Origin: a bacterium
GTDB lineage: Bacteria; SAR324; JACQKK01
NCBI GenBank assembly: GCA_965205845.1
Contig: CBDBIG010000003.1
Coordinates: 20,453-84,452 of the forward strand
Reading direction: 5' to 3'
Length of the DNA stretch: 64,000 nucleotides
Shown: in pieces, positions 52,231 through 62,453 of the stretch
Numbering within the stretch: the first letter of the stretch is position 1
Layout: each line of letters begins with the position of its first letter
Made by a program: the position numbers and the translations under genes
Notes under the pieces: model-generated
The model's input: the letters and a program-made list of their open reading frames with translations, nothing else
What the model was told of the DNA's origin: nothing
Databases searched by the model: none

Positions 52231-53718
52231 TTGAACTCAAAATTTTTAAGCGCGAGGTTTACACTCAATTTGGAATTCACGAATACCTTGTATTATGGGG
52301 ATAATTTAGGCGTTTTAAAAAACCTCTCTAAAAGAGACCCGTTCATCGACCTGATTTACAGCGATCCACCTTTTAACTCAAAGAAGAACTACAATATACT
52401 ATACAAAGACCTCATCACCTCAAAAGAAAACGGCGAAAAAGCCACAGCACTCAAAGAGGCCTTTAAAGATACCTGGAGCAATGTTGAAATCGGAAATGAA
52501 CTCGAAGAATTAAAAAGGCTGGATAACCTCAAGATCTTTCAATTTCTCCACAACAACAGAGGCGTTTTTGGGGATGATCAAATGATCTATCTCACCATGA
52601 TGGCCATTCGCGTGTACTACATGAAAAAAGTGTTGAAGGAGACGGGAAGTTTTTACCTGCATTGCGATCCAACCATGAGCCACTACCTTAAGGTGTTGCT
52701 TGATATTATCTTTGGCAAAAACCATTTTAGGAACGAGATTGTGTGGCATTACAGACGATGGACTGCTGCCTCACAACACTTTCAAAAGATGCATGACATC
52801 ATTTTTCGCTACACAAAGTCTGAGACCTTTTGCTTTAACCTTCAGTATGAACCCTACGGTGACTGGATTAAAAAAGATTACGGCTATCTTGATGAAAAAT
52901 CAGGGAAACGCTGGCGTTGGCATACCGTAAAAGGAAAACGCTACAAAGTGTTTTTGGAGGATGAAGACCAGGGCGTAAAACTTAACGATGTTTGGCAAAT
53001 TCCCCCAATAGGATCCACAGCAAAAGAACGGTTGGGCTACCCCACCCAAAAGCCCGTGGCATTGTTAAGGCGGGTTATCGAAGCAAGTAGTAACAAAGGT
53101 GATGTGGTCGCGGATTTTTTTTGCGGCTGTGGGACCACCATTGCCGCAGCCCAAGAATTGGAGCGGAAATGGCTTGGGGTCGACATTAGCCATTTGGCTG
53201 TTGGCCTGATTGAAGACAAGAGGCTAAAAAATCTGAAACCCATTCCAAGTTATGGGGTCAAAGGATTTCCGAGCGACGTGGCAGAAGCAGAAAAGCTGGC
53301 AACAGAGAAGCCGTTTGAATTTGAAAACTGGATTGTTGAATACAAGCTTCACGGGCATGGCACCCAAAAAACGGGCGATGGAGGATTTGATGGGCATCTT
53401 GCGCTCGACTTTGTGGGCAAAAGGATCTCTTGCATCATCGAGGCAAAAGGCGGAAAGTGTGGCATAAAAAATATCAGGGAGTTTCATGCTGTCATGGCAA
53501 AGCAAGGGGTCGATGTGGGGCTGTTTGTGTGTTTTGAAAAGCAAGTTAGCGATGGGATGCGAAAATACTGTGATGCGGAGGGCTTGATTGACATAGGCGG
53601 TGGAAGCACCCTCAACATGTTTCAAATTCAAAAAATAGGCATTCTCACGGTGGAATCCTTGCTGGCCAATCAATACCCCCACTGGTTAAACACGTTTATT
53701 GCCAACCAAACCTACTAA
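52231..53718 (+). CDS. beta-class amino-DNA methyltransferase (N4C/N6A) fused to a C-terminal Mrr_cat-type PD-(D/E)xK nuclease domain
   Basis: SDPPF (motif IV) precedes DFFCGCGTT (motif I). The C-terminus has TGDGGFDGH...IIEAKG. Local GC is visibly lower than the flanks. Confidence 0.65.
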   Translation: MNSKFLSARFTLNLEFTNTLYYGDNLGVLKNLSKRDPFIDLIYSDPPFNSKKNYNILYKDLITSKENGEKATALKEAFKDTWSNVEIGNELEELKRLDNLKIFQFLHNNRGVFGDDQMIYLTMMAIRVYYMKKVLKETGSFYLHCDPTMSHYLKVLLDIIFGKNHFRNEIVWHYRRWTAASQHFQKMHDIIFRYTKSETFCFNLQYEPYGDWIKKDYGYLDEKSGKRWRWHTVKGKRYKVFLEDEDQGVKLNDVWQIPPIGSTAKERLGYPTQKPVALLRRVIEASSNKGDVVADFFCGCGTTIAAAQELERKWLGVDISHLAVGLIEDKRLKNLKPIPSYGVKGFPSDVAEAEKLATEKPFEFENWIVEYKLHGHGTQKTGDGGFDGHLALDFVGKRISCIIEAKGGKCGIKNIREFHAVMAKQGVDVGLFVCFEKQVSDGMRKYCDAEGLIDIGGGSTLNMFQIQKIGILTVESLLANQYPHWLNTFIANQTY

Positions 53719-53830
53719 AAACCCTTTTTATCGGTGCAAAATTAAGCCAATCTAGGCAAACCTTGTACCCTCAGCATTTTATTTCAAACACTCGCTTCCC
53801 CCCAGCAATATAGGTTACCCATTCTTTACC

Positions 53831-56512
53831 GTGTCTTCTCCCCTACCCCCATACTCCCCCAAAACCCTTGAAACCCCCATTTACCAACGCTGGCTTGGGG
53901 CAAACTGCTTTGCTCCTGCCTCAGACACGGCAAAGCGCGTCGAACGAGCGGGGGAGAGCTTTTGCATCGTGATTCCGCCGCCCAACGTAACGGGAGTCTT
54001 GCACCTTGGGCATGCATGGGATAGCACCTTGCAAGATATTTTAACGCGCTGGATGCGCATGGAAGGCCGCAATACCCTTTGGCTACCAGGAACAGACCAT
54101 GCAGGCATCGCCACCCAATGGATGGTTGAACGTCAGCTGCAAGAAGAGGGCAACAGCAAGGAAGAGATTGGGCGCGAAGCCTTTATGGAACGCGCTTGGG
54201 ACTTTAAAAACGCCTCCCATGGCTCCATTCGCAAGCAGCTCGAATGCCTCGGGGTTTCCTGCGATTGGTCGAGGGAACGCTTTACCCTCGACGAAACCCT
54301 TTCAAAAGCTGTGCGGCGTGTGTTTGTGCAACTCTACCACGAAAAGCTGATTTACCGCGGCCTGCGCATGGTCAATTGGAGCCCCGCTTTGCGCTCTGCG
54401 GTTTCAGACCTTGAAGTGCTGCACAAGGAGGTGAAAGGGCATTTGTGGAGTTTTATGTATCCTTTTGCCGATGGTGGTAAGATAGCGGGGCAAAAGGGGA
54501 TTGTCATTGCCACCACTCGCCCAGAAACGATGCTTGCCGATGGTGCCGTGGCTGTGCACCCCGATGATGAACGCTACCGTGCCATGGTGGGAAAATACGT
54601 AACCATTCCTTTGGCAAACCGCGATATTCCCATTATTACAGATGGCTATGTAAAACCAGAATTTGGTTCCGGGGCGGTTAAAATTTCCCCCGCCCACGAT
54701 TTTAATGACTTTGAGGTGGGGCAAAGGGCCAAACTTCCCTTTATCACCGTGATGGATGAAACAGGGACGATGGCAGGCAAGGGAGTCCCGACCCCATATC
54801 AAGGCCTTGATCGCCAGGCAGCACGCAAGCAAATGCTTTATGACCTTAAAGCCAAAGGCTTGCTGGTTAAAACAGAAACCCTCACGCACTCGGTGGGGCA
54901 TTGTAGCCGTAGCGGCGTAACCGTCGAACCACGTATCTCAGAGCAGTGGTTCGTCTCGGTAGATGGGATGGCTAAAACCGCCCTTCAGGCCGTTCATTCC
55001 CGTCAAATTGAGTTACTCCCCCAGTTTCAAGAGAAGATTTTTGCCGAATGGATGGAAAATATCCACGATTGGTGCATTTCGCGCCAGCTATGGTGGGGGC
55101 ATCAAATTCCTGCATGGCATTGTGCCAAATGTCAGCAATATAGCGTTGTCGAAAACGCCCCCAGTGTTTGCGAACACTGTCAAAGTTCTCAGATTACGCA
55201 GGCGACCGATGTCCTCGATACCTGGTTTAGCTCTGCCTTGTGGCCCTTTAGCACCATGGGGTGGCCCGAAAATACCCAAGATTTGCAGTCATTTTACCCC
55301 ACCTCGGTACTGGTTACGGGCTACGACATTTTGTTTTTTTGGGTGGCACGCATGGCCATGATGGGCTTAAAATGTATTCCTGAGCACCCCCCCTTTCATC
55401 AAGTGTTGCTCCATGGCCTGTTGCGTGACGAAAAGGGTGTTAAAATGTCCAAAACCAAAGGCAATGGGCTCGACCCTGTGGAGGTGGTTGAAGAATACGG
55501 GGCAGATGCCTTGCGGATGGCGTTGGCAGTGGGTACGGTGCTGGGGCAAGATTTATCCTTGGGGATGAATGCCGTCGAAGCCATGCGCAATTTTGCCAAT
55601 AAACTGTGGAATGCTGCACGCTTTGTGTTGGGATATCGTGGGCATATGGAACAACCCAAGGCACTTGAACACATGGTGCTAAGCGACTATGACACATGGT
55701 TGCTGACACGCTTAAACCTGGCCTGTGCCGCGGTGCGTCAAAACCTTGAGCAACGGCGCTTTAACGAGGCCGCGAAGGCGGTGTACGCCTTTGTGTGGGA
55801 TGAATTTTGCGATTGGGGCTTGGAAGCAGCCAAACCGATCTTAAATGGGCAAGATTCTCTGGCAGCGCAAGCGAGCTATGCCACGTTACACCACTGCTTG
55901 CAGAACACTTTACGCCTGCTGCATCCATTTATGCCCTACGTTACGGAGGCTTTGTGGGGGCATTTAATGCCGAAGGATGGTTTTGTGATGTTGCAAAGCT
56001 ATCCCAAAGGGGTCACCGCCAAGGATTTAAGCACAAGCCAGCGGGAAACAGCGCAAAACATTGCCCATGCCAACCGTTTTGTGAGTGCGTTGCGCACCTT
56101 ACGGAGCGAAAATCATGTGGCACCCAAAGCGCGGGTTGAAGTATTGGTATTGAGCGAAAGCCCGACCTTGCTTAAAACCTTAGATCAGCAGCAGACCATT
56201 GTATGTGCCATGGCAGGTGCCAGCACCATTTTGCCCGTAACGGTCGCACCCACCCAAAAAAGTTGGATTAAGCAAATTGGGCGGGGTTTTAGCGTGTATA
56301 TCAAGCTTCCACAAGCCTCGTTACAGGCTCAAAAAGCACGTATCCAAAAAGATGCAGCCAAGTTAGACCAAAAAATAACCCCACTGCAAATGAAATTGAA
56401 TAACCCTGAATTTGTGGAAAAAGCCCCCGCAGCCGTGGTGGAAAAAACCCGTCAAAAACTTGCCGAATTACAGGCACAGCACGCCCAACTGCATGCAGCC
56501 TTGCATCCATAG
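53831..56512 (+). CDS. valS: valyl-tRNA synthetase
   Basis: PPPNVTGVLHLGHA (HIGH), KMSKT, C-terminal coiled-coil. Confidence 0.9.
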   Translation: MSSPLPPYSPKTLETPIYQRWLGANCFAPASDTAKRVERAGESFCIVIPPPNVTGVLHLGHAWDSTLQDILTRWMRMEGRNTLWLPGTDHAGIATQWMVERQLQEEGNSKEEIGREAFMERAWDFKNASHGSIRKQLECLGVSCDWSRERFTLDETLSKAVRRVFVQLYHEKLIYRGLRMVNWSPALRSAVSDLEVLHKEVKGHLWSFMYPFADGGKIAGQKGIVIATTRPETMLADGAVAVHPDDERYRAMVGKYVTIPLANRDIPIITDGYVKPEFGSGAVKISPAHDFNDFEVGQRAKLPFITVMDETGTMAGKGVPTPYQGLDRQAARKQMLYDLKAKGLLVKTETLTHSVGHCSRSGVTVEPRISEQWFVSVDGMAKTALQAVHSRQIELLPQFQEKIFAEWMENIHDWCISRQLWWGHQIPAWHCAKCQQYSVVENAPSVCEHCQSSQITQATDVLDTWFSSALWPFSTMGWPENTQDLQSFYPTSVLVTGYDILFFWVARMAMMGLKCIPEHPPFHQVLLHGLLRDEKGVKMSKTKGNGLDPVEVVEEYGADALRMALAVGTVLGQDLSLGMNAVEAMRNFANKLWNAARFVLGYRGHMEQPKALEHMVLSDYDTWLLTRLNLACAAVRQNLEQRRFNEAAKAVYAFVWDEFCDWGLEAAKPILNGQDSLAAQASYATLHHCLQNTLRLLHPFMPYVTEALWGHLMPKDGFVMLQSYPKGVTAKDLSTSQRETAQNIAHANRFVSALRTLRSENHVAPKARVEVLVLSESPTLLKTLDQQQTIVCAMAGASTILPVTVAPTQKSWIKQIGRGFSVYIKLPQASLQAQKARIQKDAAKLDQKITPLQMKLNNPEFVEKAPAAVVEKTRQKLAELQAQHAQLHAALHP

Positions 56513-57986
56513 GCGGAGCAATTTTTTCGAACTTGCATCCTATTGAAGGGGGCGTACTCAAAGCAGATGAAATGGGTATTTGGAATCGTGGCCGTGATGC
56601 TCATTACGCATCTCATTTTTAAGCGTGCAGGGCGCAAGTAACCTCCTTTGTTTGTGCGTGAACACTCGCGGATTTGGACGCGCTTTACGCCGCCGCTGCG
56701 GCCCATGGTTTTGCAATGGTTTTGCAAGAGACCCACAACACACTAAAACGCTTTGGGATCCGCGGAGCAGGTGCAACCCAAGGGCTAGCGCAACAAACCG
56801 CTCTCGGATGAAGATAGGCACCGCAACGATAAAATCGCGCGCATTCGTGCTGGAGGTGAACGCCCCTTTGCCACCTACAAAAACCGCTACGCTCTCGCCC
56901 AAACATGATTTATGGAATGGGCTAAAAACATAACTGCCCCCGGCATCGCTGCGAATAGCCTACAACATACGCGAAAGGGGCCAGATTCCTGACGCTCTAT
57001 GGTCTGTCAGACCTCAGATTATGCTGCATCGATGTGTCCGATAGTCCCGCAATCGCCTTGAAACCGCCCATCGAATTCACCACAATCCGCCCTCAAAATC
57101 GCAAGTAACTGCAAACCAGTTATCCCACAAGGGTCATCTCCAAGCCCTACTAAGGTGAGTATTGCGAAAATGTTACGATTAAGAAAGCTTAAGCGAGTAA
57201 ACACAATGCGCTGCCATCGAAATCGTGTAGACAAAATACCCTTAAACTTAACGCACAACCATGCGCAGCAAAGCCAGAACATCCCACACAAGCACCACGG
57301 CTGCCATCAGCCAAAGACACCTCAGCATCCACGTGCCAAGCTGTGGCCATTGGCGTCTTATCCACTTGCGAAAAGCGAAGGTTAACAGCAAGAGCAACAG
57401 TGCCGCTTCCCATAAGCCCAATCCAAACATGGTTAGCGTTTTGCCTAGAAGGAATAGGAGGAATTTGTGGTGGTCATTGCAGAAGGGATTTGGTAACGCT
57501 TGAGCGAATCAGCAGCCCTCTTTGCACAGATTGCATGCCAAGAGGCTCGAGAACTCGTTGCACCCCGTTTTTTTGCGCTTGGTGCACCATACATAGCACG
57601 AGGCAGGCCTTTTTGTCATGGAGGCGAATGGCTATGTGGCACCCATGCTACCAAAGCCCAGCTTAGGCGATTGCGGGTAAAAAGCGCAAGCGTTGGCGTC
57701 CAATTGAGGTGGCCAAGTGGTGGTTCCTTCCTTTTTCCAAACGGGCTTCCCGTAAAGGCCCTGCTCGATACGCATTTTTTCAAAAGGCAAATGGGCGTTG
57801 TTAGAAGTTCCATCCGTTTTCCATAACCCAAGGGAACAAAGCCATGAGGGTTTGCAAGGTTCGTTTTGTTGTCATGCTTACAACTTCCACGAAGCGTCCA
57901 TGGGGTAACCTGTGCTAGCATGTGGGGGGCGGAGGTTTATAGGTGGTGGGTGAGATCAATTTTTTAGTTTTTTCTTAGCATAAAAG

Positions 57987-59738
57987 GTGTATTCGGTTGC
58001 CATGATGAATGGATGGATGGTTCAAAACCCCCTGGGCATAAAACCCATGGTTTGGTTATTGGTGTTGGGCATTGCTTGCATTGGCGGGGAAACACTCGGG
58101 CTGGCACAAGACACGGGTGCCCCTCCCCAAAGGGAGGTAGGGGAGGATAAAACCGATGCACATGGCAGTGCAAAAGCCAAAAAAGGCGGGGCGATGCGCT
58201 TGCGCCTTCCTGTTTCCCCCCCCTTGTTGCACCCCTTAAATGCCACGGATGCCTACGGTAACCGCGTGCTCGATAGCATTTATGAGTCCTTGGCAGATAC
58301 CGATGTGGATACCTTACGCTTTATTCCATTGTTGGCCTCACGTTGGAAAAAATCCCCCGATAGCCTGACGTATACCTTTTATTTAAACCCCAAAGCACGT
58401 TGGCACGATGGCAAGCCCGTCACCGCTGGCGATGTGGCCTTTAGCTTTGACGTACTCTTTGATTCCAATTTAAAGACCCGTGCCAAGTGGCAGTCGTATT
58501 ACAGCAATATCGCCTCGGTAAGGGTTATTGATACCTATACGGTCCGTTTTAGGGTGAAAAGGGATCATTTTCGAAATTTTATCAACCTTGCCACCTTGCG
58601 TATTGTGCCCAAACACTACTTTAAGCCAAACGAGCCCAACCAAACCGTTTTGGCCAAAAAGCCCGTGGGCAGTGGGCCCTACCGCTTTGTGTCCTGGAAA
58701 AAGGGGAGCCGGATTACCCTCAAACGCCATGCCGAGTATTGGGGCAAAAACCTCCCCCAAAACCGAGGGCGCTATAACCTGCGCCTGCTGCTTTACAAGG
58801 TGGTAACCAATAACAAGGTGGCCTTGCAATCGCTGCAAAAAGGCGAACTGGATCTGCTGGGCTTAACCCCCGAACAATGGAAAAAAGAAACCAAGAACCC
58901 AAAAATCTACGGCCAAGGTCCCATTACCAGTGCCCCCGTGGTCAAATTGAACGTGCAAAACCTCTCGCCACGGAGTTACAGCTACGTGGGTTGGAATCTT
59001 GCCTCCCCGTTGTTTAACGACCGCCGCGTACGCTTGGCTTTAAGCCATTTGTTCGATCGCAAAACCTTTATACAAAAGCTGTTTCATGGCTTGCGCGAGG
59101 AGGCAGTGGGCCCTTTTGCGTCCAATTCGCGCTATCGCTCGCCCAAAATTAAACCCATTCCGTTCTCGATTGCCGAGGCAGGGAGATTGTTTAAAGAGGC
59201 TGGTTGGACGGATAGCGATCAAGATGGTGTGCTTGATAAGAAGGGCCAAGCGATGCGCTTTACCGTGCTTACAGCCGACCCCGAAACAGGGGTAAAAATG
59301 CTAACCCTTGCCAAGCAGTCGATGCAAAAAGCGGGGGTCGATTTGCGCATTAAGGTGGTGGATTGGGCTGCTTTGCTAAAACTGATTGATGACCTCCGCT
59401 TTGATGCCGTGATGCTGGGTTGGTCCCGCAGTGCCTGGCCTGATCCCACCGCGTTATGGCACTCCAAAAGTGCGGTGGCGGGGGGGCTCAACTTGGTGCG
59501 TTACAAAAACCCCGAGGTCGATAATCTGATTGCAAAGGGGGTCAAATCGATACCCGACAAGCAACGGGTGGTGCTTTTTAGGCGGATACACGAGATCCTT
59601 TTTCGTGATCAACCCTATACTTTTTTGCTCGAAAGTGGGCATCAACTCACTGCCTATCGCAACCGTTACCATCAGGTCAAGCCTTGGTTTCACTACAGCC
59701 TTGGGAGCGATTATTGGTGGGAAAAATCCGTTAAATGA
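57987..59738 (+). CDS. ABC transporter substrate-binding protein, family 5 (OppA/DppA-like)
   Basis: Signal peptide; SBP_bac_5-like. Confidence 0.7.
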   Translation: MYSVAMMNGWMVQNPLGIKPMVWLLVLGIACIGGETLGLAQDTGAPPQREVGEDKTDAHGSAKAKKGGAMRLRLPVSPPLLHPLNATDAYGNRVLDSIYESLADTDVDTLRFIPLLASRWKKSPDSLTYTFYLNPKARWHDGKPVTAGDVAFSFDVLFDSNLKTRAKWQSYYSNIASVRVIDTYTVRFRVKRDHFRNFINLATLRIVPKHYFKPNEPNQTVLAKKPVGSGPYRFVSWKKGSRITLKRHAEYWGKNLPQNRGRYNLRLLLYKVVTNNKVALQSLQKGELDLLGLTPEQWKKETKNPKIYGQGPITSAPVVKLNVQNLSPRSYSYVGWNLASPLFNDRRVRLALSHLFDRKTFIQKLFHGLREEAVGPFASNSRYRSPKIKPIPFSIAEAGRLFKEAGWTDSDQDGVLDKKGQAMRFTVLTADPETGVKMLTLAKQSMQKAGVDLRIKVVDWAALLKLIDDLRFDAVMLGWSRSAWPDPTALWHSKSAVAGGLNLVRYKNPEVDNLIAKGVKSIPDKQRVVLFRRIHEILFRDQPYTFLLESGHQLTAYRNRYHQVKPWFHYSLGSDYWWEKSVK

Positions 59739-60812
59739 TAACGCCAGCCACACAGCCTTGGGAGCGATTATTGGTGGGGAAAAGGTGTTAAATAATAACG
59801 CCAGCCCACAGCCTTGGGAGGGTTTGTTGGCGGGAAAAGGCGTTAAATGATAACGCCAGCCACACAGCCTTGGGAGCGATTATTGGTGGGGAAAAGGCGT
59901 TAAATGATAACGCCAGCCTAACAGCCTTGGGAGCGATTGTTGGCGGGAAAAGGCGTTAAATGATAACGCCAGCCACACAGCCTTGGGAGCGATTATTGGT
60001 GGGAAAAATCCGTTAAATGATAACGCCAGCCACACAGCCTTGGGAGCGATTATTGGTGGGAAAAATCCGTTAAATGATAACGCCAGCCACACAGCCTTGG
60101 GAGGGATTGTTGGCGGGAAAAAGGTGTTAAATGATAACGCCAGCCCACAGCCTTGGGAGGGTTTGTTGGCGGGAAAAAGGCGTTAAATGATAACGCCAGC
60201 CCACAGCCTTGGGAGGGATTGTTGGCGGGAAAAAGCCGTCAAATGATAACGCCAGCCACACAGCCTTGGGAGGGATTGTTGGCGGGAAAAAGGCGTTAAA
60301 TGATAACGCCAGCCCACAGCCTTGGGAGGGATTGTTGGCGGGAAAAAGCCGTCAAATGATAACGCCAGCCACACAGCCTTGGGAGGGATTGTTGGCGGGA
60401 AAAAGCCGTCAAATGATAACGCCAGCCACACAGCCTTGGGAGGGATTGTTGGTGGGGAAAAGGCGTTAAATGATAACGCCAGCCTAACAGCCTTGGGAGG
60501 GATTGTTGGTGGGAAAAATCCGTTAAATGATAACGCCAGCCACACAGCCTTGGGAGGGATTGTTGGCGGGAAAAAGGTGTTAAATGATAACGCCAGCCCA
60601 CAGCCTTGGGAGGGTTTGTTGGCGGGGAAAAGGCGTTAAATGATAACGCCAGCCCACAGCCTTGGGAGGGATTGTTGGCGGGAAAAAGCCGTCAAATGAT
60701 AACGCCAGCCACACAGCCTTGGGAGGGATTGTTGGCGGGGAAAAGGCGTTAAATGATAACGCCAGCCACACAGCCTTGGGAGGGATTGTTGGCGGGGAAA
60801 AGGCGTTAAATA
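59695..60812. repeat. ~19 tandem copies of a 57-61-bp unit derived from the last codons, stop and downstream hairpin of the SBP gene
   Basis: Each unit carries GGCGTTA-aatga-TAACGCC (7-bp stem) and the TGA of the gene end. Confidence 0.9.
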
Positions 60813-60891
60813 ATGAGGTCACTCAAGCGGACGGCAAAAAGGCATTGAACTCCTTTTTCAATTTGCGCAAAAATAAGGGCCTTGCCTTTGT

Positions 60892-61923
60892 ATGTTCTCT
60901 TACATTGTAAAGCGTATTATGGCGATGGTGCCAACCTTTGTAGGCATTACGCTGATGACGTTTTTGGTGATTAACCTGGCGCCCGGGGGGCCTGTTGAGC
61001 AATTTTTGCGCGAGGTGCGCTTTGGGCAGGTACAAACGGGCAGTACAACGGGCTCCGGAAGCGGCATCGAAAATGCGGGGGTTACGGGGGACACCTTGCG
61101 CGAGCTCAAAGCCCAGTTTGGCTACGACAAACCTGTGCTAGAGCGCTACTTTATTTGGCTGGGTAATTTGCTGCGCCTCGACTTTGGGCGCTCTTTTGTG
61201 CACGATGTGCCTGCCATTGAGGTAATTGCCAGCAAATTTCCCGTGTCGCTCCAGTTTGGGATTACCTCTTTTTTACTAACCTACCTGGTGTGTATTCCCT
61301 TGGGTGTGTGGAAGGCCGTGCACGATGGGCAATGGGAGGATACGAGCACCTCGGCCCTTGTGTTTACAGGCTATGCGGTCTCGCCTTTAATGCTGGGCAT
61401 TGTGCTGATTGTGGTGTTTGGGGGTGGCGTGTTCGACTGGTTTCCCATTTCGGGCAGTGTATCTGACCTCCACGATGAACTAGGCTTTTTCGCACGCATT
61501 CAAGATCGCATTCACCATGCTATTTTGCCTTTAGGCTGCTATTTGGCGGGTAACTTCGCGGCGCTCACCTTGCTGATGAAAAATGCCTTTTTAGAAGAGA
61601 TGAACAAACCTTATGCCATTACAGCCATTGCCAAAGGCCTGCCCATGCGCACCGTGCGCTATTCCCATGTACTACGCAATGCCATGATCCCCATTGCCAC
61701 GGGGTTGGGGAGTTTTTTGGGGATTTTTTTTGCGGGGAATTTGTTTATCGAACAAATTTTTTCCCTCGATGGCATGGGGCTGCTGTTTTATCAAGCCTTG
61801 CTGGCCCGAGACTATCCCATTTTGCTGGGATCATTGAGCCTCATCAGCATGATACTGATGCTAGGGAACCTGATCTCCGACATGCTCTATGTGATCCTCG
61901 ATCCACGGATCGACTTTGATTAA
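60892..61923 (+). CDS. ABC transporter permease (OppB/DppB/YejB-like)
   Basis: N-terminal MFSYIVKRI...PGGPVEQF. 6-TM BPD permease. Confidence 0.75.
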   Translation: MFSYIVKRIMAMVPTFVGITLMTFLVINLAPGGPVEQFLREVRFGQVQTGSTTGSGSGIENAGVTGDTLRELKAQFGYDKPVLERYFIWLGNLLRLDFGRSFVHDVPAIEVIASKFPVSLQFGITSFLLTYLVCIPLGVWKAVHDGQWEDTSTSALVFTGYAVSPLMLGIVLIVVFGGGVFDWFPISGSVSDLHDELGFFARIQDRIHHAILPLGCYLAGNFAALTLLMKNAFLEEMNKPYAITAIAKGLPMRTVRYSHVLRNAMIPIATGLGSFLGIFFAGNLFIEQIFSLDGMGLLFYQALLARDYPILLGSLSLISMILMLGNLISDMLYVILDPRIDFD

Positions 61924-61976
61924 AGGGGTTGACCCAGATAACCCCCTAAAAAACACTTAATCCATTGTTTTGGCTG

Positions 61977-62420
61977 CGGTAATTGGACCGCAGGGGGTGC
62001 TAGATTGTTCAAACGCCTCCCGCACTCCCTTCAAAAGGTGCCAGAAGAATCGCGGAGGCCCTTGCGCTTTAGCGCCACACACATCGGCGGCGACTTTTGC
62101 CGTCTTTTGCCGTCTATCCTCGCAAATAAAATGCGCAATTCAAACGCCCTTGTTTGTATTGAACTTAAAAGGTGCCCCTTTTCCCACATACCGACTTGGG
62201 CGGTAATTGGACCGCAGGGGGTGCTAGATTGTTCAAACGCCTCCCGCACTCCCTTCAAAAGGTGCCAGAAGAATCGCGGAGGCCCTTGCGCTTTAGCGCC
62301 ACACACATCGGCGGCGACTTTTGCCGTCTTTTGCCGTCTATCCTCGCAAATAAAATGCGCAATTCAAACGCCCTTGTTTGTATTGAACTTAAAAGGTGCC
62401 CCTTTTCCCACATACCAACC
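61977..62420. repeat. 222-bp x2 tandem repeat in the convergent intergenic region between the permease and prfB
   Basis: 61977-62198 and 62199-62420. Confidence 0.9.
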
Positions 62421-62453
62421 CTGATAGCCCCCTTTTTGGGTTCTCTTAAAGAG

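Noticed and set aside
59695-60812. CRISPR array
   Set aside because: All units are near-identical full-length copies with no unique spacers. They derive from the adjacent gene terminus
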